64,000 nt of DNA from Gaiellales bacterium (GCA_964203045.1 CAXNKU010000010.1:4490-68489); one strand, 5' to 3'; positions 1 through 10,732 are shown, numbered from the stretch's first letter. Notes: generated from the letters alone by a model not told the origin. A program made the numbers and translations.

Positions 1-165
1 ACATGACAAACCGGGGTTTGTGGTGTCCCCCCAGAAAGCTGCGCCGAGCAGATTAGGGATGCCGATGTAGGGGGACACCACAAACCCCGGTTTGTCATGT
101 CCCCCCAGCAGATGCCGCTACTCCGCCTGAGGACACCACATCCGCGCGGTTGTCATGTCCTCCCC
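1..165. repeat. Family A palindromic repeat cluster (REP/REPIN-like): inverted doublet 1-31/70-100 plus a third copy 129-165
   Basis: 1-31 is the exact reverse complement of 70-100 with a 38 nt spacer. Each unit is itself a hairpin GGACAyvACA-N10-TGTbrTGTCC. Further copies at 10811-10930 and 48780-48890. Confidence 0.85.
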
Positions 166-232
166 CGAGTCGCCGCCACGTCTAGCTCCACCGAAGATCC
201 TCGTAGAGGATCGTAGGTAGAACCCGAGCGCG

Positions 233-934
233 CTACTCGGCGGCGAGCAGTTCGCTCTCGGTGAGATAGTCGCGCAGAAGGTGGGTTGCTGTGATGCCCC
301 GAACAATTGCCACCATGTCGTTGAGGTTGAGTCGATTGACGGTGTCGCGGGGTCGGGCGCGCTGGTCGATTGCTGCGGCCGAGACGGCTGTCACCTCCCC
401 ACAACACGCGCGCGCATCTCCGTCAGCAACGGCTGGAAACTGCGCATCGGATTGTTTTTGGCGACTGGTGAGGCGGACGACGAGAGCGGTTTTGTGCGCA
501 GCGTTCCACTCGTCGAACGAGACGACGACGTAGCGTTTTCGCTCCGTGGTCGCAGCAGCGTTGATGTAATAGATGTCGCCCCAGCGTGGGTAGTCGACGC
601 GGCCGGCCGGTGGTCGAGCGAGCTTGGGGGGAGTGTTGAGAAGTCGTCGAGCTTGCACCAGTTCCGCAAGGCCCCGTTCGATGCTGTGAAGCAGCGTGTC
701 CGTGGCAACGGCGACGATTTCTTGGGCGGCTCGTTGAGGTACGACGACGATGCGGGTCGGGTCGAATGCTTGTTGGTCGTCCCAGGGGTCGATGGTGGCG
801 GTGGGGGAGGCCGTGGCGCGTGGCACGGCCGGCACCACTCCAACTCCATGCATGGCGAGGTTCCAAGAGGTCTTGGTCAGAACGAGCGCGCGGCCGAGCC
901 CGTCGACCTGCACGATGGTGCCGCGTTGAAGCAC
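233..934 (-). CDS. Tandem two-domain PemK/MazF-family toxin (putative mRNA interferase)
   Basis: Two MazF-like starts: MLQRGTIVQV...RALVLTKTSWN...VGVVP and PRWGDIYY...KRYVVVSFDEWN...ALVVRLTS. Each ends in a helix (IERGLAELV / IVRGITATH). Confidence 0.7.
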   Translation of the reverse strand: MLQRGTIVQVDGLGRALVLTKTSWNLAMHGVGVVPAVPRATASPTATIDPWDDQQAFDPTRIVVVPQRAAQEIVAVATDTLLHSIERGLAELVQARRLLNTPPKLARPPAGRVDYPRWGDIYYINAAATTERKRYVVVSFDEWNAAHKTALVVRLTSRQKQSDAQFPAVADGDARACCGEVTAVSAAAIDQRARPRDTVNRLNLNDMVAIVRGITATHLLRDYLTESELLAAE

Positions 935-940
935 GCGCGC

Positions 941-1195
941 CTACTGCGCGTCGGCGACTGCGAGCGTAAAGAGCTCGTCGATCGATTCGGCGTGCTCGGG
1001 GTCGGCGGCGTAGTCGGCGTAGAGCGCGCAGCGACGCGCCTCCTCAACCCGAGCGCGGCGAAGCAACATGCCCTCGATCAGCAGTTCCGTCAGCGCGCGG
1101 CGTAGAGAGAGTGCATCCGAGACACCGAACCGCTCTGGGTGTGCGAGCAGTTCGGCCTTGAGTTCGCTATCGACATCAACGGTGGTGGGAGCCAT
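941..1195 (-). CDS. Putative antitoxin (RHH/MazE-like)
   Basis: 84 aa, directly upstream of the toxin on the same strand. N-terminal TTVDVDSELK strand-helix and an acidic C-terminus. Confidence 0.6.
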   Translation of the reverse strand: MAPTTVDVDSELKAELLAHPERFGVSDALSLRRALTELLIEGMLLRRARVEEARRCALYADYAADPEHAESIDELFTLAVADAQ

Positions 1196-1201
1196 GCGCC
1201 A

Positions 1202-1247
1202 AGACTACCACTATTGGTTCAGATAGTGGTGCAGAAATTGGTTCAGA
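1202..1247 (-). promoter_or_regulatory. Leaderless -10 and putative autoregulatory operator of the TA operon
   Basis: TAGTCT (1207-1202) lies 6 nt before the ATG. Inverted repeat ACCACTAT-N8-ATAGTGGT (1207-1230). Direct repeat ATTGGTTCAGA at 1213 and 1237. Confidence 0.55.
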
Positions 1248-1286
1248 ATAGATGCATCAACCAAAACCGCTGCGAGGCCCGACGAC

Positions 1287-2296
1287 TCAGACAGCGTCGC
1301 GTACGAGCGGCGTGGTGGAGCAGTGGATACCGCCACCGTTGAGGTGCACCTTGTCGAAGGGAAGGATCTCCCACGTCACACCGTGAGCCTCGAGTGCGGC
1401 AAGCGTGCGGTCCGATGCTCCTTCAGGGAATCAGCAGTTCGCCCGGTGCGACAGCGAGGCCATTGACGATCCAGCCGTCATCCAGCGGCGTGATCTCGAC
1501 GGTGTGGATGCCGAGTTCCTTAAGGGTCTGCAAAAACGTGTAGGGCAGTCCCATCGGATTGACCAGCGCGAGGTCCTTATCGATCATCAGGAAGCTGCGC
1601 GTCGATGTGGATGTCGTAGCCCGTCAGCTCGACGACGTGGAGCGTGACGCCCTGGCTGGCCAGCACCTCGCCCACCTGCCGCGCGCCCTCGGCGTTGACG
1701 CGCACGCCAATGCCGATCGCGCAGTTGGTCTCGTTGAGCCACGCGAACGAGCCACCCTCCATCACGCCCGAGCCCGAGATGGTGCGCAGGATTGGCACGC
1801 CGAGCTTGGCGAGCGTCTGCGTCGTCACCAGCTCTTCGCCGCGGCGAATGCGCGTGCCCATCCGGTTGACGATCGCACCGCCCTTGACCATCTGGACGGG
1901 GTCGCGTGTGTAGACGGCCTTGAGGTGCCGGTCGCCGACGCCCTCTTGGTAAATCACCTCGACACCACGGCGCTCGAGTGCCGCGACGAGTCCGTCGTGT
2001 TGGGCCTGCATGACCGGGATGTTCGGCGGGTCTTCGCTTTGGAAGTACCAGTGCTCGGCGAGGTCGCCGTACGAGCCAATCGCGTCGATGCGCTTGCTGG
2101 AATCGACGATGTTCAGCTCAACACCGGGCCGGTGCATGAGGATCGAACGGATCTTGCCAACATCGTTGTTGACGCCCCAGGTGCGGCCCCAGGTCGCAGT
2201 CTGCTCGGCCGCGTCCTCGAAGGTGGGCTCGCCGCCAATGGCGAACATCTTGACGGTCTCGTTGTAGACCCACATCGGGTCGAGTGGCTCGCTCAT
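1287..2296 (-). CDS. Amidinotransferase / arginine deiminase / DDAH-family protein (two apparent frameshifts near 1600 and 1425)
   Basis: Motifs YTRD, EGGS and IHID. The shifted frames continue to ...KVHLNGGGIHCSTTPLVRDAV* with the catalytic Cys, stop at 1287. Confidence 0.8.
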
Positions 2297-2400
2297 TAGT
2301 GTTCCTCCGGCCTACTGGGGTCTCTCCGTGCGTCTGGCAAGCGTACCGCGCAAGAGACCCTCATTGCGCGTTATGCTGCGCAGCGCGTCTTCGACGCTAT

Positions 2401-2472
2401 GCCCTCTTAGCTCAGTGGTAGAGCACCTCCATGGTAAGGAGGGGGTCCGCGGTTCAATCCCGCGAGAGGGCT
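2401..2472 (+). tRNA. tRNA-Thr(GGT)
   Basis: Cloverleaf: acceptor GCCCTCT/AGAGGGC, D arm TAGCTCAGTGGTAGAGC, anticodon stem CCTCC-ATGGTAA-GGAGG, T arm CGCGG-TTCAATC-CCGCG. Confidence 0.95.
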
Positions 2473-4294
2473 CTGGATCTAAGCCGAAAACCGGGAAGCG
2501 CTGCGAGGCGCGTGACCAACTCGTGACCCGTCAGCGGTAGACAGACGATAAGAGTAGAGAGTCGGTTAGGGCTAGTGATCGCCATCCGGATGATGCTGTG
2601 ATTCATCTTGGGCGTCACGCGATGTGAGGTATCTTCTTCCCCATGAACGACATTGCGTACGTCGGCGGGAAGATCCACACTCAGGATGACGCCCAGCCGC
2701 TCGCGCAGAGCCTGCTGGCGCGGGGCGGGCGCATCGCCGCCGTCGGCACCACTGAGGAGGTGCTGGCGCTGGCCGCGCCCGGTGTTGAGACCGTCGACCT
2801 CGCCGGCCGGGTCGTGATCCCCGGCATCATCGACGCCCACTGCCACCTCGAGCTGACCGCGACGCACCTGGCCTACGCCGAGAAGGCGTTCGGATCCGAG
2901 CTCGGCTCGATCGCCCGCATCGTCGACGTCGTGCGTGAGGCGGCAGCCCGCACACCGGTGGGTGAGTGGATCGTCGTGCGTTCCGACGTCGCCGTCCAAC
3001 GTCTCGTGGCCGAGCGCCGCCCGATCGTGCGCACTGACCTCGACGACGCTGCGCCCGGCCACCCGTGCGTGGTCTTCGCCGGCCTGCACACGGTGACGCT
3101 CAACTCAATGGCGCTGCGCGTCACCGGGCTGCTCGACGGCTCGGCCACGCTGCCGCGAGGGGCGGCGATCAACCTCGAGTCGGGGCGCGGCAAGGAGCTG
3201 TGGGACTGGCTGCCACTGCCGCGCTACTCGCGAGCCGCCATCGCTGACGCGATCCGTGACGAGGGCCGGGCCCGCTGGACGGCGCGCGGCGTGACCACGA
3301 TCGCCGAGCTGCCGTTTACGCACGACGGCATCGGTGCGTTTCAGGATCTGCGCCGTCGCGGCGAGCTCCCCACCCGGATCGGCCTCTGGCTGCACACGCC
3401 ACTGCTCGGCTCGGTGGAGCAGTTGACGGGCGCCGGCTACGAGACAGGCTTCGGTGACGAATGGCTATCGCTCGGCGGTATCAAGCTATTCGTCGACGGC
3501 ACGGGCGCCGACATCGACGGCAACGCCGAGCTCGACATCAAGTGGTCACAGGACGAACTCGACCACATGGTGCTGACCGCCCACGTGGCTGGACAGCAGC
3601 TTTGGATGCACGTCGCACCGACCCTCGAGGCAGCCGAGATGGCGCTGCTTGCGGTGCAGCGTGCGCAGGCGGTGCATCCCCGCACCGACCACCGGCACCG
3701 CATCGAGCACATCGGCGACATGCGACCAAACGCCGACCTGTTGGGGCGAATCCGAGCTGCCGGCATCCTGGTCGTGACGACGCCGCAGTTCACCTATTCC
3801 TATGGTGATCTGGCGCCCGACGAGGCCTGCACGCCGCTGCGCTCACTGCACGCGCTGGGCTTCCGGCCGCCGGGCAACTCCGACGCGACCGGCACGCAGC
3901 GCGAGGCGCTGAACCCGTGGCACGGGATCTGGTGCGCGCTGGCCCACCGCAGCGAGAGTGGGGTCCACATCGCAGCCGGAGGAGGCCATCGACATGGCAG
4001 AGGCGATCCGCATGTTCACGCGCGACGCTGCAGTCGCCTGTCACATGGACGACCGCGGCGTGCTGTCGGAAGGCCGGCTGGCCGACCTGGTCGTACTCGA
4101 TGCCGACCCGTTCACGACGCCGCTTGCCGACGTGCCCGAGATGCCGGTGGCCATCACCGTGATCGGTGGCGTCGCATGATGTTCTCGGCCAGCTCAGCAC
4201 CGATGCGCCGCTGAGCGAAGGTGCGCATCGTGGCGACGTGCCGCTCGAACACGGGCCGCGCTTCAATCCCGCGAGAGGGCTCTGGATCTAAGCC
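2453..4294. mobile_element. Integrated islet bounded by a 33 bp direct repeat of the tRNA 3' end (att-like), no integrase
   Basis: TTCAATCCCGCGAGAGGGCTCTGGATCTAAGCC is identical at 2453-2485 and 4262-4294, with imperfect extension on both sides. Confidence 0.65.
2643..4179 (+). CDS. Amidohydrolase 3 / YtcJ-like metal-dependent hydrolase (frameshift near 3970)
   Basis: PGIIDAHCH, IKLFVDG, RHRIEH and NSD motifs. The C-terminal AIRMFTRDAA...GRLADLVVLD lies in ORF 3958-4179. Confidence 0.85.
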
Positions 4295-4327
4295 AAAGAT
4301 CGGGACACGGCGTGCGATACTTGACGC

Positions 4328-5110
4328 ATGTCTGCTATCGAAGCGCCGATTCCCTCCACCACCATGAGCCGCTTGCGGCGCGCCAACATTGGTGCTGGCG
4401 TTTTCCATCTCGCCCAGATGATCCTGATCTTGGTGCTGGCGAATGACTTCACACTGCCGGTCACGGCGAGTTACTTGGAGGGGCCTCCCGGCTCGGCAAT
4501 GACCGACCCGGTCGTGTTGTGGGATGTACGAATCGCGTGGGGTGTGGCGCTCTTCTTCGGGCTGTCCGCGTTGTTTCACTTCCTCGTCGCCACGCCGTGG
4601 TTCTTCCCACGCTACGAGGCTGGGCTGCGCGCCGGACGCAACTACTTCCGCTGGGTCGAGTACTCGATCAGCTCGTCCGTGATGATCGTGCTGATCGCGC
4701 AGATTCTCGGCATCATGGACTTCGCCGCCCTGATCGCGCTGTTCGGTGTCAACGCATCGATGATCCTGTTCGGCTGGCTGCAGGAGAAGTACGAGCAGCC
4801 CGGCGGCGGCATGTTGCCGTTCACATTCGGCTGCATCGCGGGCATCGTGCCGTGGCTCGTCTTCTTGATCCTGATCCTCAACCCCGGCTCGACCTCGACG
4901 AACGAGGTGCCTGGCTTCGTCTACGGCATCCTCGTCAGCCTCTTTGTCCTCTTCAATTGCTTCGCCGTCGTGCAGCTGCTCCAGTACCGGCAGGTTGGCA
5001 AGTGGTCGAACTATCTGCGGGGCGAGTGGGCGTACATCATCCTTAGCCTCGTCGCCAAGTCTGCGCTCGCCTGGCAAATCTTTAGCGGCACTCTGATCCC
5101 ACCGCAGTAG
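4328..5110 (+). CDS. heR: Heliorhodopsin
   Basis: 7 TM helices. N-terminal LRRANIGAGVFH, NYFRWVEYSISSS (counterion Glu), SLVAKSALAWQIF (retinal Lys), His residues in TM1 and TM2. Confidence 0.93.
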   Translation: MSAIEAPIPSTTMSRLRRANIGAGVFHLAQMILILVLANDFTLPVTASYLEGPPGSAMTDPVVLWDVRIAWGVALFFGLSALFHFLVATPWFFPRYEAGLRAGRNYFRWVEYSISSSVMIVLIAQILGIMDFAALIALFGVNASMILFGWLQEKYEQPGGGMLPFTFGCIAGIVPWLVFLILILNPGSTSTNEVPGFVYGILVSLFVLFNCFAVVQLLQYRQVGKWSNYLRGEWAYIILSLVAKSALAWQIFSGTLIPPQ

Positions 5111-5133
5111 GGTTTGGGCGTCCTCTCCGAGGG

Positions 5134-5544
5134 TTAGCGCTCGCGGACACTGACGACGACCTGATCGGTGGCGTCGTGAACGCCACGCTGCAATGTCTTC
5201 GGTACGACGCGGCGTTCGGTCTGCTTGGGGCCGATGGTCAGCGTCAGCTCTAGGCCGAGCGCGTCGCAGAGGCGGGTCATCGTTTCGAGCGAGGGATTGT
5301 GCTCACCGTCTTCGATGCGCGCGACCTGCGGTTGAGTCATGCCGACCAGCTTGCCGAGAGCGGCCTGAGTAAGCGCATGATCGCTGCGGTACTTGAGGAC
5401 TGCGATGCCGATGGTTCGTGCGAGGACGCTGCCGTACCAGAGCTTTCGATACGTCGTATCGTCGGCGAGCAGAACATCGTCGAGTTGCGAGAGTGGAACA
5501 TCAGCGGTGCGGCGACCCATAGTGTTCATAAAGATAGCATTCAT
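5134..5544 (-). CDS. XRE-family HTH antitoxin (HigA-like)
   Basis: LTQAALGKLVGMTQPQVARIEDGEHNPSLETM HTH; overlaps the toxin stop. Confidence 0.8.
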   Translation of the reverse strand: MNAIFMNTMGRRTADVPLSQLDDVLLADDTTYRKLWYGSVLARTIGIAVLKYRSDHALTQAALGKLVGMTQPQVARIEDGEHNPSLETMTRLCDALGLELTLTIGPKQTERRVVPKTLQRGVHDATDQVVVSVRER

Positions 5545-5912
5545 GTAATGTTTTCCTTGTCGTCGCGCATAGCTCGAATGGTCGCGATTTCGACAGCGCG
5601 ACGAAACCCCCGCGGGTTAGATTGCGCCTCCGGTGCGAGGGCGAGCAGATAGAGGCCTTGGCTGTCGCGCCGATAGAGCACGCGGTAGAGGCTGCGTCCG
5701 CGCCGTGGCCGCAACTCGCGCAAGCCGATTACCGCCTTTGTGCGGATTGCGCTTGACCATGGGTGGCCGAGCTGGTCAAACTCGATTGCGAGGATTTCAA
5801 ACGCGTGGCGGATTGCTACTTCCTCGCGCGGGTGGCTGCACGCCAGACGTGTCAACTCGTCGACCAGAGCAGCGTGGAGGCGGAGCTGGCGATCCGGGAC
5901 ATTGTGGGTCAC
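5541..5912 (-). CDS. RelE/HigB-like (Gp49-type) toxin
   Basis: LGHPWS...GLRELRPRRGRSLYRVLY motif, toxin-first order. Start inferred at GTG 5912. Confidence 0.7.
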   Translation of the reverse strand: MTHNVPDRQLRLHAALVDELTRLACSHPREEVAIRHAFEILAIEFDQLGHPWSSAIRTKAVIGLRELRPRRGRSLYRVLYRRDSQGLYLLALAPEAQSNPRGFRRAVEIATIRAMRDDKENIT

Positions 5913-6106
5913 GCAGGCACCTTCATTGATCCGAGTGATCGCTGCTGGCACGCTGACTCGCGACAGGCGCGTGGTATCGGCCCAAGGTACGCGCGTCACG
6001 CAACGACTCCGCTTCGAGTGTGTCGAACGACTCCCCGCTGCGCGCACGGCCACGACGACCGGCTCAGGCGTGTAGCATCGACTCACGAACCGGTGGGGGA
6101 TATGCG

Positions 6107-6835
6107 ATGACGTTTGTTGAGGAATGCAAAGCGGCGGCAGGACCAGTCTGGGAGCGGTGGATGCACCATCCGTGGACAGAGGAATTGTTCGCTGGCACGC
6201 TGTCGGATGAGCAGTTTCGTTATTGGTTGATTCAGGACCTGCCGTACCTCGGCCAGCACATCACCACGCCGATGTATCCGAAGGTCCCACCGACGAGTCC
6301 CTTCATTGGCCTCTGCCGTGAGTATGCAGTGCGTGCACAGACAACACGCGTCGAGCTAGAGACGCTGGGCGACGTCGGCGATTTTGCAAAGACGCGCTGG
6401 GCGGCGCGACCGATGCGTGAGGGTGCGATCAACTTCTGGATCCGTACGGCCCACGAGGGCAGCTTCGGCGACATGTGCGCGGCGCTCTACGTCTGTTACT
6501 CGTTTGCCGATACGTTCGGTGGTCGCCTCAAGCGCGAGCAGCCGACGGGGCTACCGGCGCTGCAACAGGCCTGGGTCGAGCAATGGATTGATCCATATTT
6601 CGAGCGCCTTTTTGAATGCATCCGTGATGGCCTCAACGAGGCGGGCGAACATGCGACTGAGTTTCAGCGCGACCAAATGCGTTGGCTCTTCCTCCGTGGC
6701 ACGCAGTGGCAGATCGGTACCTTCGATGTGTCGATGACCATGTCTGACCCGTGGCCGGGCGAGGGCGAGGAGTGCGGCGTGATGGCCGATGCTCCGTGGC
6801 TCAGGCGCCAGGTCATCGCACACGCCGATGAGTAG
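6107..6835 (+). CDS. tenA: TenA/thiaminase II family protein
   Basis: WERWMHHPW...GTLSDEQFRYWLIQD helical TenA signature and a Cys in ALYVCYS. Confidence 0.75.
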   Translation: MTFVEECKAAAGPVWERWMHHPWTEELFAGTLSDEQFRYWLIQDLPYLGQHITTPMYPKVPPTSPFIGLCREYAVRAQTTRVELETLGDVGDFAKTRWAARPMREGAINFWIRTAHEGSFGDMCAALYVCYSFADTFGGRLKREQPTGLPALQQAWVEQWIDPYFERLFECIRDGLNEAGEHATEFQRDQMRWLFLRGTQWQIGTFDVSMTMSDPWPGEGEECGVMADAPWLRRQVIAHADE

Positions 6836-6901
6836 TTGAGCGTGACGGCACACTTCTGTGGCGTTCAACATCTGCAACGTCCACTGCGATAGCATCCCGC
6901 C

Positions 6902-7876
6902 ATGGACGCATTGATTCTTGGTGGGGGAGGCATGCTCGGCCGCAAGCTGGCCGAGTCGTACGCGGCTGATCAGGAGGCGACCCTCAGTCGCCTTTCGCTC
7001 GTTGACGCGTTTATTGAGCCAGCCCCGCCCGCGGGTGCTGGCTTCGCTGTCGATTGCAGCGTGGCGGACATCACCGACCCGGCCGTTACTCAGCGTCTCG
7101 TCGCCGAACGGCCCGACGTGATCTTCCATCTCGCAGCAATTGTCTCGGGCGAGGCCGAGCTCGATTTCGAGAAGGGCTACTCGATCAATCTCGATGGCAC
7201 GCGACTCTTGTTCGAAGCGATCCGTGGAGAGGGGGACGATTACTGTCCTCGCGTCGTCTTTACCTCGTCGATCGCTGCCTTTGGCGCGCCCTTTCCCGAG
7301 ATCATTGACGACGAGTTTATTCTGCAGCCACTGACGAGCTATGGCGCGCAGAAGGTGATGGGCGAGATGATGCTCAACGACTACTCGCGGCGAGGACTCC
7401 TCGACGGTGTTGGTCTGCGGCTCCCTTCGATCTGCGTGCGGCCAGGTGCGGCGAACAAGGCGGCCTCGGGACTGTTTTCGAACATCATCCGCGAGCCGCT
7501 GAGTGGTCGTGACGTCGTGCTGCCCGCCGAGCGGAGCACGCGTCACTGGTTCGCCTCGCCACGCTCGGCGATCCGCTTCCTTCGTCACGCCGCGACCATA
7601 GACACGCAGCGACTTGGGGCGCGGCGCTGTCTCAACATGCCCGGCCTGTCGGCCACGATCGCCGAGGAAATTGAGGCCCTGCGTCGCATCGCCGGCGACG
7701 AGGTCGTGCAGCGCATCCACGACGAACCCGATGAGTTGATCATGCGAATCGTGGCAGGGTGGCCCAGCAACTTCACAGCCGCGCGCGCGCGTGAGCTCGG
7801 CTTCTCTGCCGAGACCTCGTTCGAGGAGATCATCAACGTCTTTATCGAAGACGAGCTCGGGGGACAACTACCGTGA
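6902..7876 (+). CDS. denD: NAD-dependent epimerase/dehydrogenase, D-erythronate dehydrogenase-like
   Basis: [28 protein letters not shown] and [16 protein letters not shown]. Confidence 0.8.
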   Translation: MDALILGGGGMLGRKLAESYAADQEATLSRLSLVDAFIEPAPPAGAGFAVDCSVADITDPAVTQRLVAERPDVIFHLAAIVSGEAELDFEKGYSINLDGTRLLFEAIRGEGDDYCPRVVFTSSIAAFGAPFPEIIDDEFILQPLTSYGAQKVMGEMMLNDYSRRGLLDGVGLRLPSICVRPGAANKAASGLFSNIIREPLSGRDVVLPAERSTRHWFASPRSAIRFLRHAATIDTQRLGARRCLNMPGLSATIAEEIEALRRIAGDEVVQRIHDEPDELIMRIVAGWPSNFTAARARELGFSAETSFEEIINVFIEDELGGQLP

Positions 7877-8619
7877 CGCGCGTTGCGATCGTGACGGGTG
7901 CCGGTCGAGGCCTCGGACGGGTCGTTGCGCTCGCGCTCGTCGCGGATGGCTGGACGACGATCGTGACGGGACGTGACCAGGCGATGCTGGATGCCGTCGT
8001 CGCCGAAGCCGGCCCGCTCGCCGACGCGGTCGTCTGCGATGTGACACGTGCTGACGATGTACGCCGCCTCTTCGACACCGCTGTCGAGCGGCATGGCCGC
8101 GTCGACCTCGTCTTCAACAATGCCGGTGTCGCAGCGCGGGGCGTGCCGATCGACGAGCTTGACGTGTCGGAGTGGCAGCGGGTGGTCGAGACCAATCTGA
8201 CGGGCACCTTCCTCAGCATCCAGCAGGCCTTCCGGGTGATGAAGGCGCAGGTGCCGCAGGGTGGGCGCATCATCAACAACGGTTCGATCTCGGCCACGAC
8301 GCCACGACCAAACTCGTCGCCCTACACCTCGACGAAGCACGGTGTGACTGGACTGACGAAGTCGGCCTCGCTCGATGGGCGAGCCTTCAATATCGCCTGT
8401 GGCCAGATCGACATTGGCAATGCAGCAACAGACCTAACGGCGCCCATGCGCTCGGGCGATGGTGTACCGCAGGCCAATGGGGAGCGCCTCGTCGAGCCGA
8501 CGATCGATCCGCAACACGTGGCCGACGCCGTGCTCTACATGGCCAATCTGCCGCTCGCTGCCAATGTGCAGACGATGACGGTGATGGCCACGACGATGCC
8601 CTTCGTCGGTCGAGGCTAG
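7873..8619 (+). CDS. SDR family oxidoreductase
   Basis: [17 protein letters not shown]. Confidence 0.9.
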   Translation: MTRVAIVTGAGRGLGRVVALALVADGWTTIVTGRDQAMLDAVVAEAGPLADAVVCDVTRADDVRRLFDTAVERHGRVDLVFNNAGVAARGVPIDELDVSEWQRVVETNLTGTFLSIQQAFRVMKAQVPQGGRIINNGSISATTPRPNSSPYTSTKHGVTGLTKSASLDGRAFNIACGQIDIGNAATDLTAPMRSGDGVPQANGERLVEPTIDPQHVADAVLYMANLPLAANVQTMTVMATTMPFVGRG

Positions 8620-9431
8620 TCGCTCGGACTGACAAACCGCACAGTCACTTCGCCGAGCGGGTCGTTGATGATCGTGACGGTCGAGCCTGCCTCAACCCAG
8701 TTTGTCGCGACGAGGCTGCCGAGCGTGACGACCTCACCCGCGCGCAGCAGTGAGCCGCGAGCATTGAGGCTATTGGCCAGCCAAGCCAGCGCCTCGAGTG
8801 GGTGGCCGAGAATGTCGCTGCCGCGACCAGAGCCCACCTCGCTGCCATCGATCAGCATCGTCGCTGTCGTCTGATCGAGGTCGTTCGGATCGAAACTGGC
8901 CTGCGCCTCGCCGAGGATGAGTCCGGCTCCGAAGAAGTCGTCGGCAATCAGCGTGGCGGCATCGAGCTGCCCGTAGTCGACGTAGCGGTTCTCCACGAGC
9001 TCGATCGTGGCGAGACACTCACTGACCATGGGCGCGAGCTCGCTGCGCACGTACGGCGTGCCGTTGGGATGGGGAGGAAGATCCACGCCAAGCCGGACCG
9101 CGACCTCGCACTCGACGCCAAACTGCGTCGTGCCGCGCGTCGTAACTGTCGCGGGGCTCTGGTGAATCTCGCGCTCGAGCACGCCGCCGGCGCTTGGGTT
9201 GTGGATATTGAGATACGCCTGCATGACGGGAGTTGTGCAGCCAATCTTGTGGCCCGCATACCCGCCCTCGCCGCGCGCGCTGAGCAGCGTGTGCAGTGCA
9301 GCCTGGATGCGATAGGCGCTTGCCTCATCGGGAGGACAGAGCGACGCCGGAAGGCTCGCAAAGCGGCCTCGTGCGAGGCGCGCGTCGGCTAAGACGTGCG
9401 CTGCCTCTTCGATCTTGGGCTCGGTCATCAT
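8616..9431 (-). CDS. 2-keto-4-pentenoate hydratase / FAH family protein
   Basis: [31 protein letters not shown]. Confidence 0.85.
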   Translation of the reverse strand: MMTEPKIEEAAHVLADARLARGRFASLPASLCPPDEASAYRIQAALHTLLSARGEGGYAGHKIGCTTPVMQAYLNIHNPSAGGVLEREIHQSPATVTTRGTTQFGVECEVAVRLGVDLPPHPNGTPYVRSELAPMVSECLATIELVENRYVDYGQLDAATLIADDFFGAGLILGEAQASFDPNDLDQTTATMLIDGSEVGSGRGSDILGHPLEALAWLANSLNARGSLLRAGEVVTLGSLVATNWVEAGSTVTIINDPLGEVTVRFVSPSD

Positions 9432-9510
9432 GCTTAGGTGACGGTACGCCAATCTGCGGACGTCTGCATTGGAATCGCAAACTTCCGTGCGGTTCCGCTA
9501 CCGTCACACC

Positions 9511-10732
9511 ATGCGATCCACGTTGTTTTGTTCTGCCGTCGACGTTGCCGATGCGGGTGCCGCTCAGGTGCTCTCCGACGCGTGCGAACGCGCGGGTGTT
9601 GATGGTCTCTCGATCGCAACGTCGTACCACGCAGCACGCGACCTGCACCCCCACGCACGTGGTCGCCGGGTCCGATACCTCGCACCAGGACTGTGGCTCC
9701 CCATCGACGAGCAGCTCTGGGCGGGCAGTGCAATCGCACCGCAGCTCGCCGCCGATGCCGAGACCGCCGACGCAGTGATCGCGCTGGTCGAGGAGGCGCG
9801 ACGTGACGGGCGCGAGGTCGATGGTTGGACGATCTTCCTCCATTCCGATCGACAGGGGCCGGCCGCTGAGGTTGGGGCCGAGCGCAATGTCTTCGGTGAC
9901 GTCTACCCCGAGCAGCTCTGCCCCGCACAACCCGAATCGCGTGCCTACGCGCAGACGCTGGCACGTGCCGTCGTCCAGGCCGGCATGTCAACGGTAATCG
10001 CAGAGTCGCTGCACTACCACGGTCTCGAGCATGGCCTCCATCACGAGCGCTTTCTGTTCGAACCGGGCGAGGTCGTGCGCTTCCTGCTCGGACTCTGCTG
10101 CTGCGATGCCTGTTGTACAGCGGCGAGTGCCGAAGGCGTCGACAGCGATCGTTTCCGAGCCGAGGTGGCCCGCATCGTGCAGGCGACGTTCGACTCGGGC
10201 GAGCCAGCGCCCAGGCTCTGTCGCCACGCTCGCCGCTGCGGGCGAATTGGTCGACGGTGCGATGGCCGGTTGGCTGCGGGCGCGTCTCAACACGGTGACG
10301 ACGCTGATCGCCGATGTCTCTGCTGCCTGTCAGGCCGAGGATGGTCGGCTCGTCGTCTTGGATTCGTCGGGCGCCGCCAAGGGCTACAGCGATGGCGAGC
10401 CGCAGGGAGACGTCGCGCCGACGATAGCCTGGCGCTTTGGACTCGACATTGCCGCGATCTCGGCACACTGCACCGTTGAGGCAATCGCCTACGCGCGATC
10501 GTCGGCTCGCATCTCCGACGATCTAGCCGCCTACCGCGCACTGGTTGGTGAGACGGCACCGCTCGGCGCAATCGTTCGACCGTTTGGGGTCGACTGCAAA
10601 TCGGTTGAGAATCTTGCGGAGAAGCTCGACACGATTCGGGGCGCCGGTGCCACGCGCGCCGATTTTTATCACTACGGGCTGATGCCGCTCCCGACGCTCG
10701 ACCGTATTTGCTCTGCCTTGAACGCGTCCTGA
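9511..10732 (+). CDS. Conserved hypothetical TIM-barrel/glycoside-hydrolase-like protein (frameshift near 10215)
   Basis: SYHAARDLHPH, LCPAQP, HGLHHER, LGLCCCDAC and C-terminal FYHYGLMP, split over ORFs 9469-10479 and 10031-10732. TACCGT lies 6 nt before ATG 9511. Confidence 0.6.

Noticed and set aside
1-165. CRISPR array (repeats of ~37 bp with ~38 nt spacers)
   Set aside because: Adjacent units are inverted rather than direct, copies are dispersed in pairs through the window, and no cas genes are present.
4256-4294. Second tRNA gene
   Set aside because: Only the T-arm and acceptor 3' half are present, with no D or anticodon arm; interpreted as an att-like duplicate.
5912-6107. TPP riboswitch upstream of the TenA-like gene
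   Set aside because: No CTGAGA or other TPP aptamer core is recognisable.
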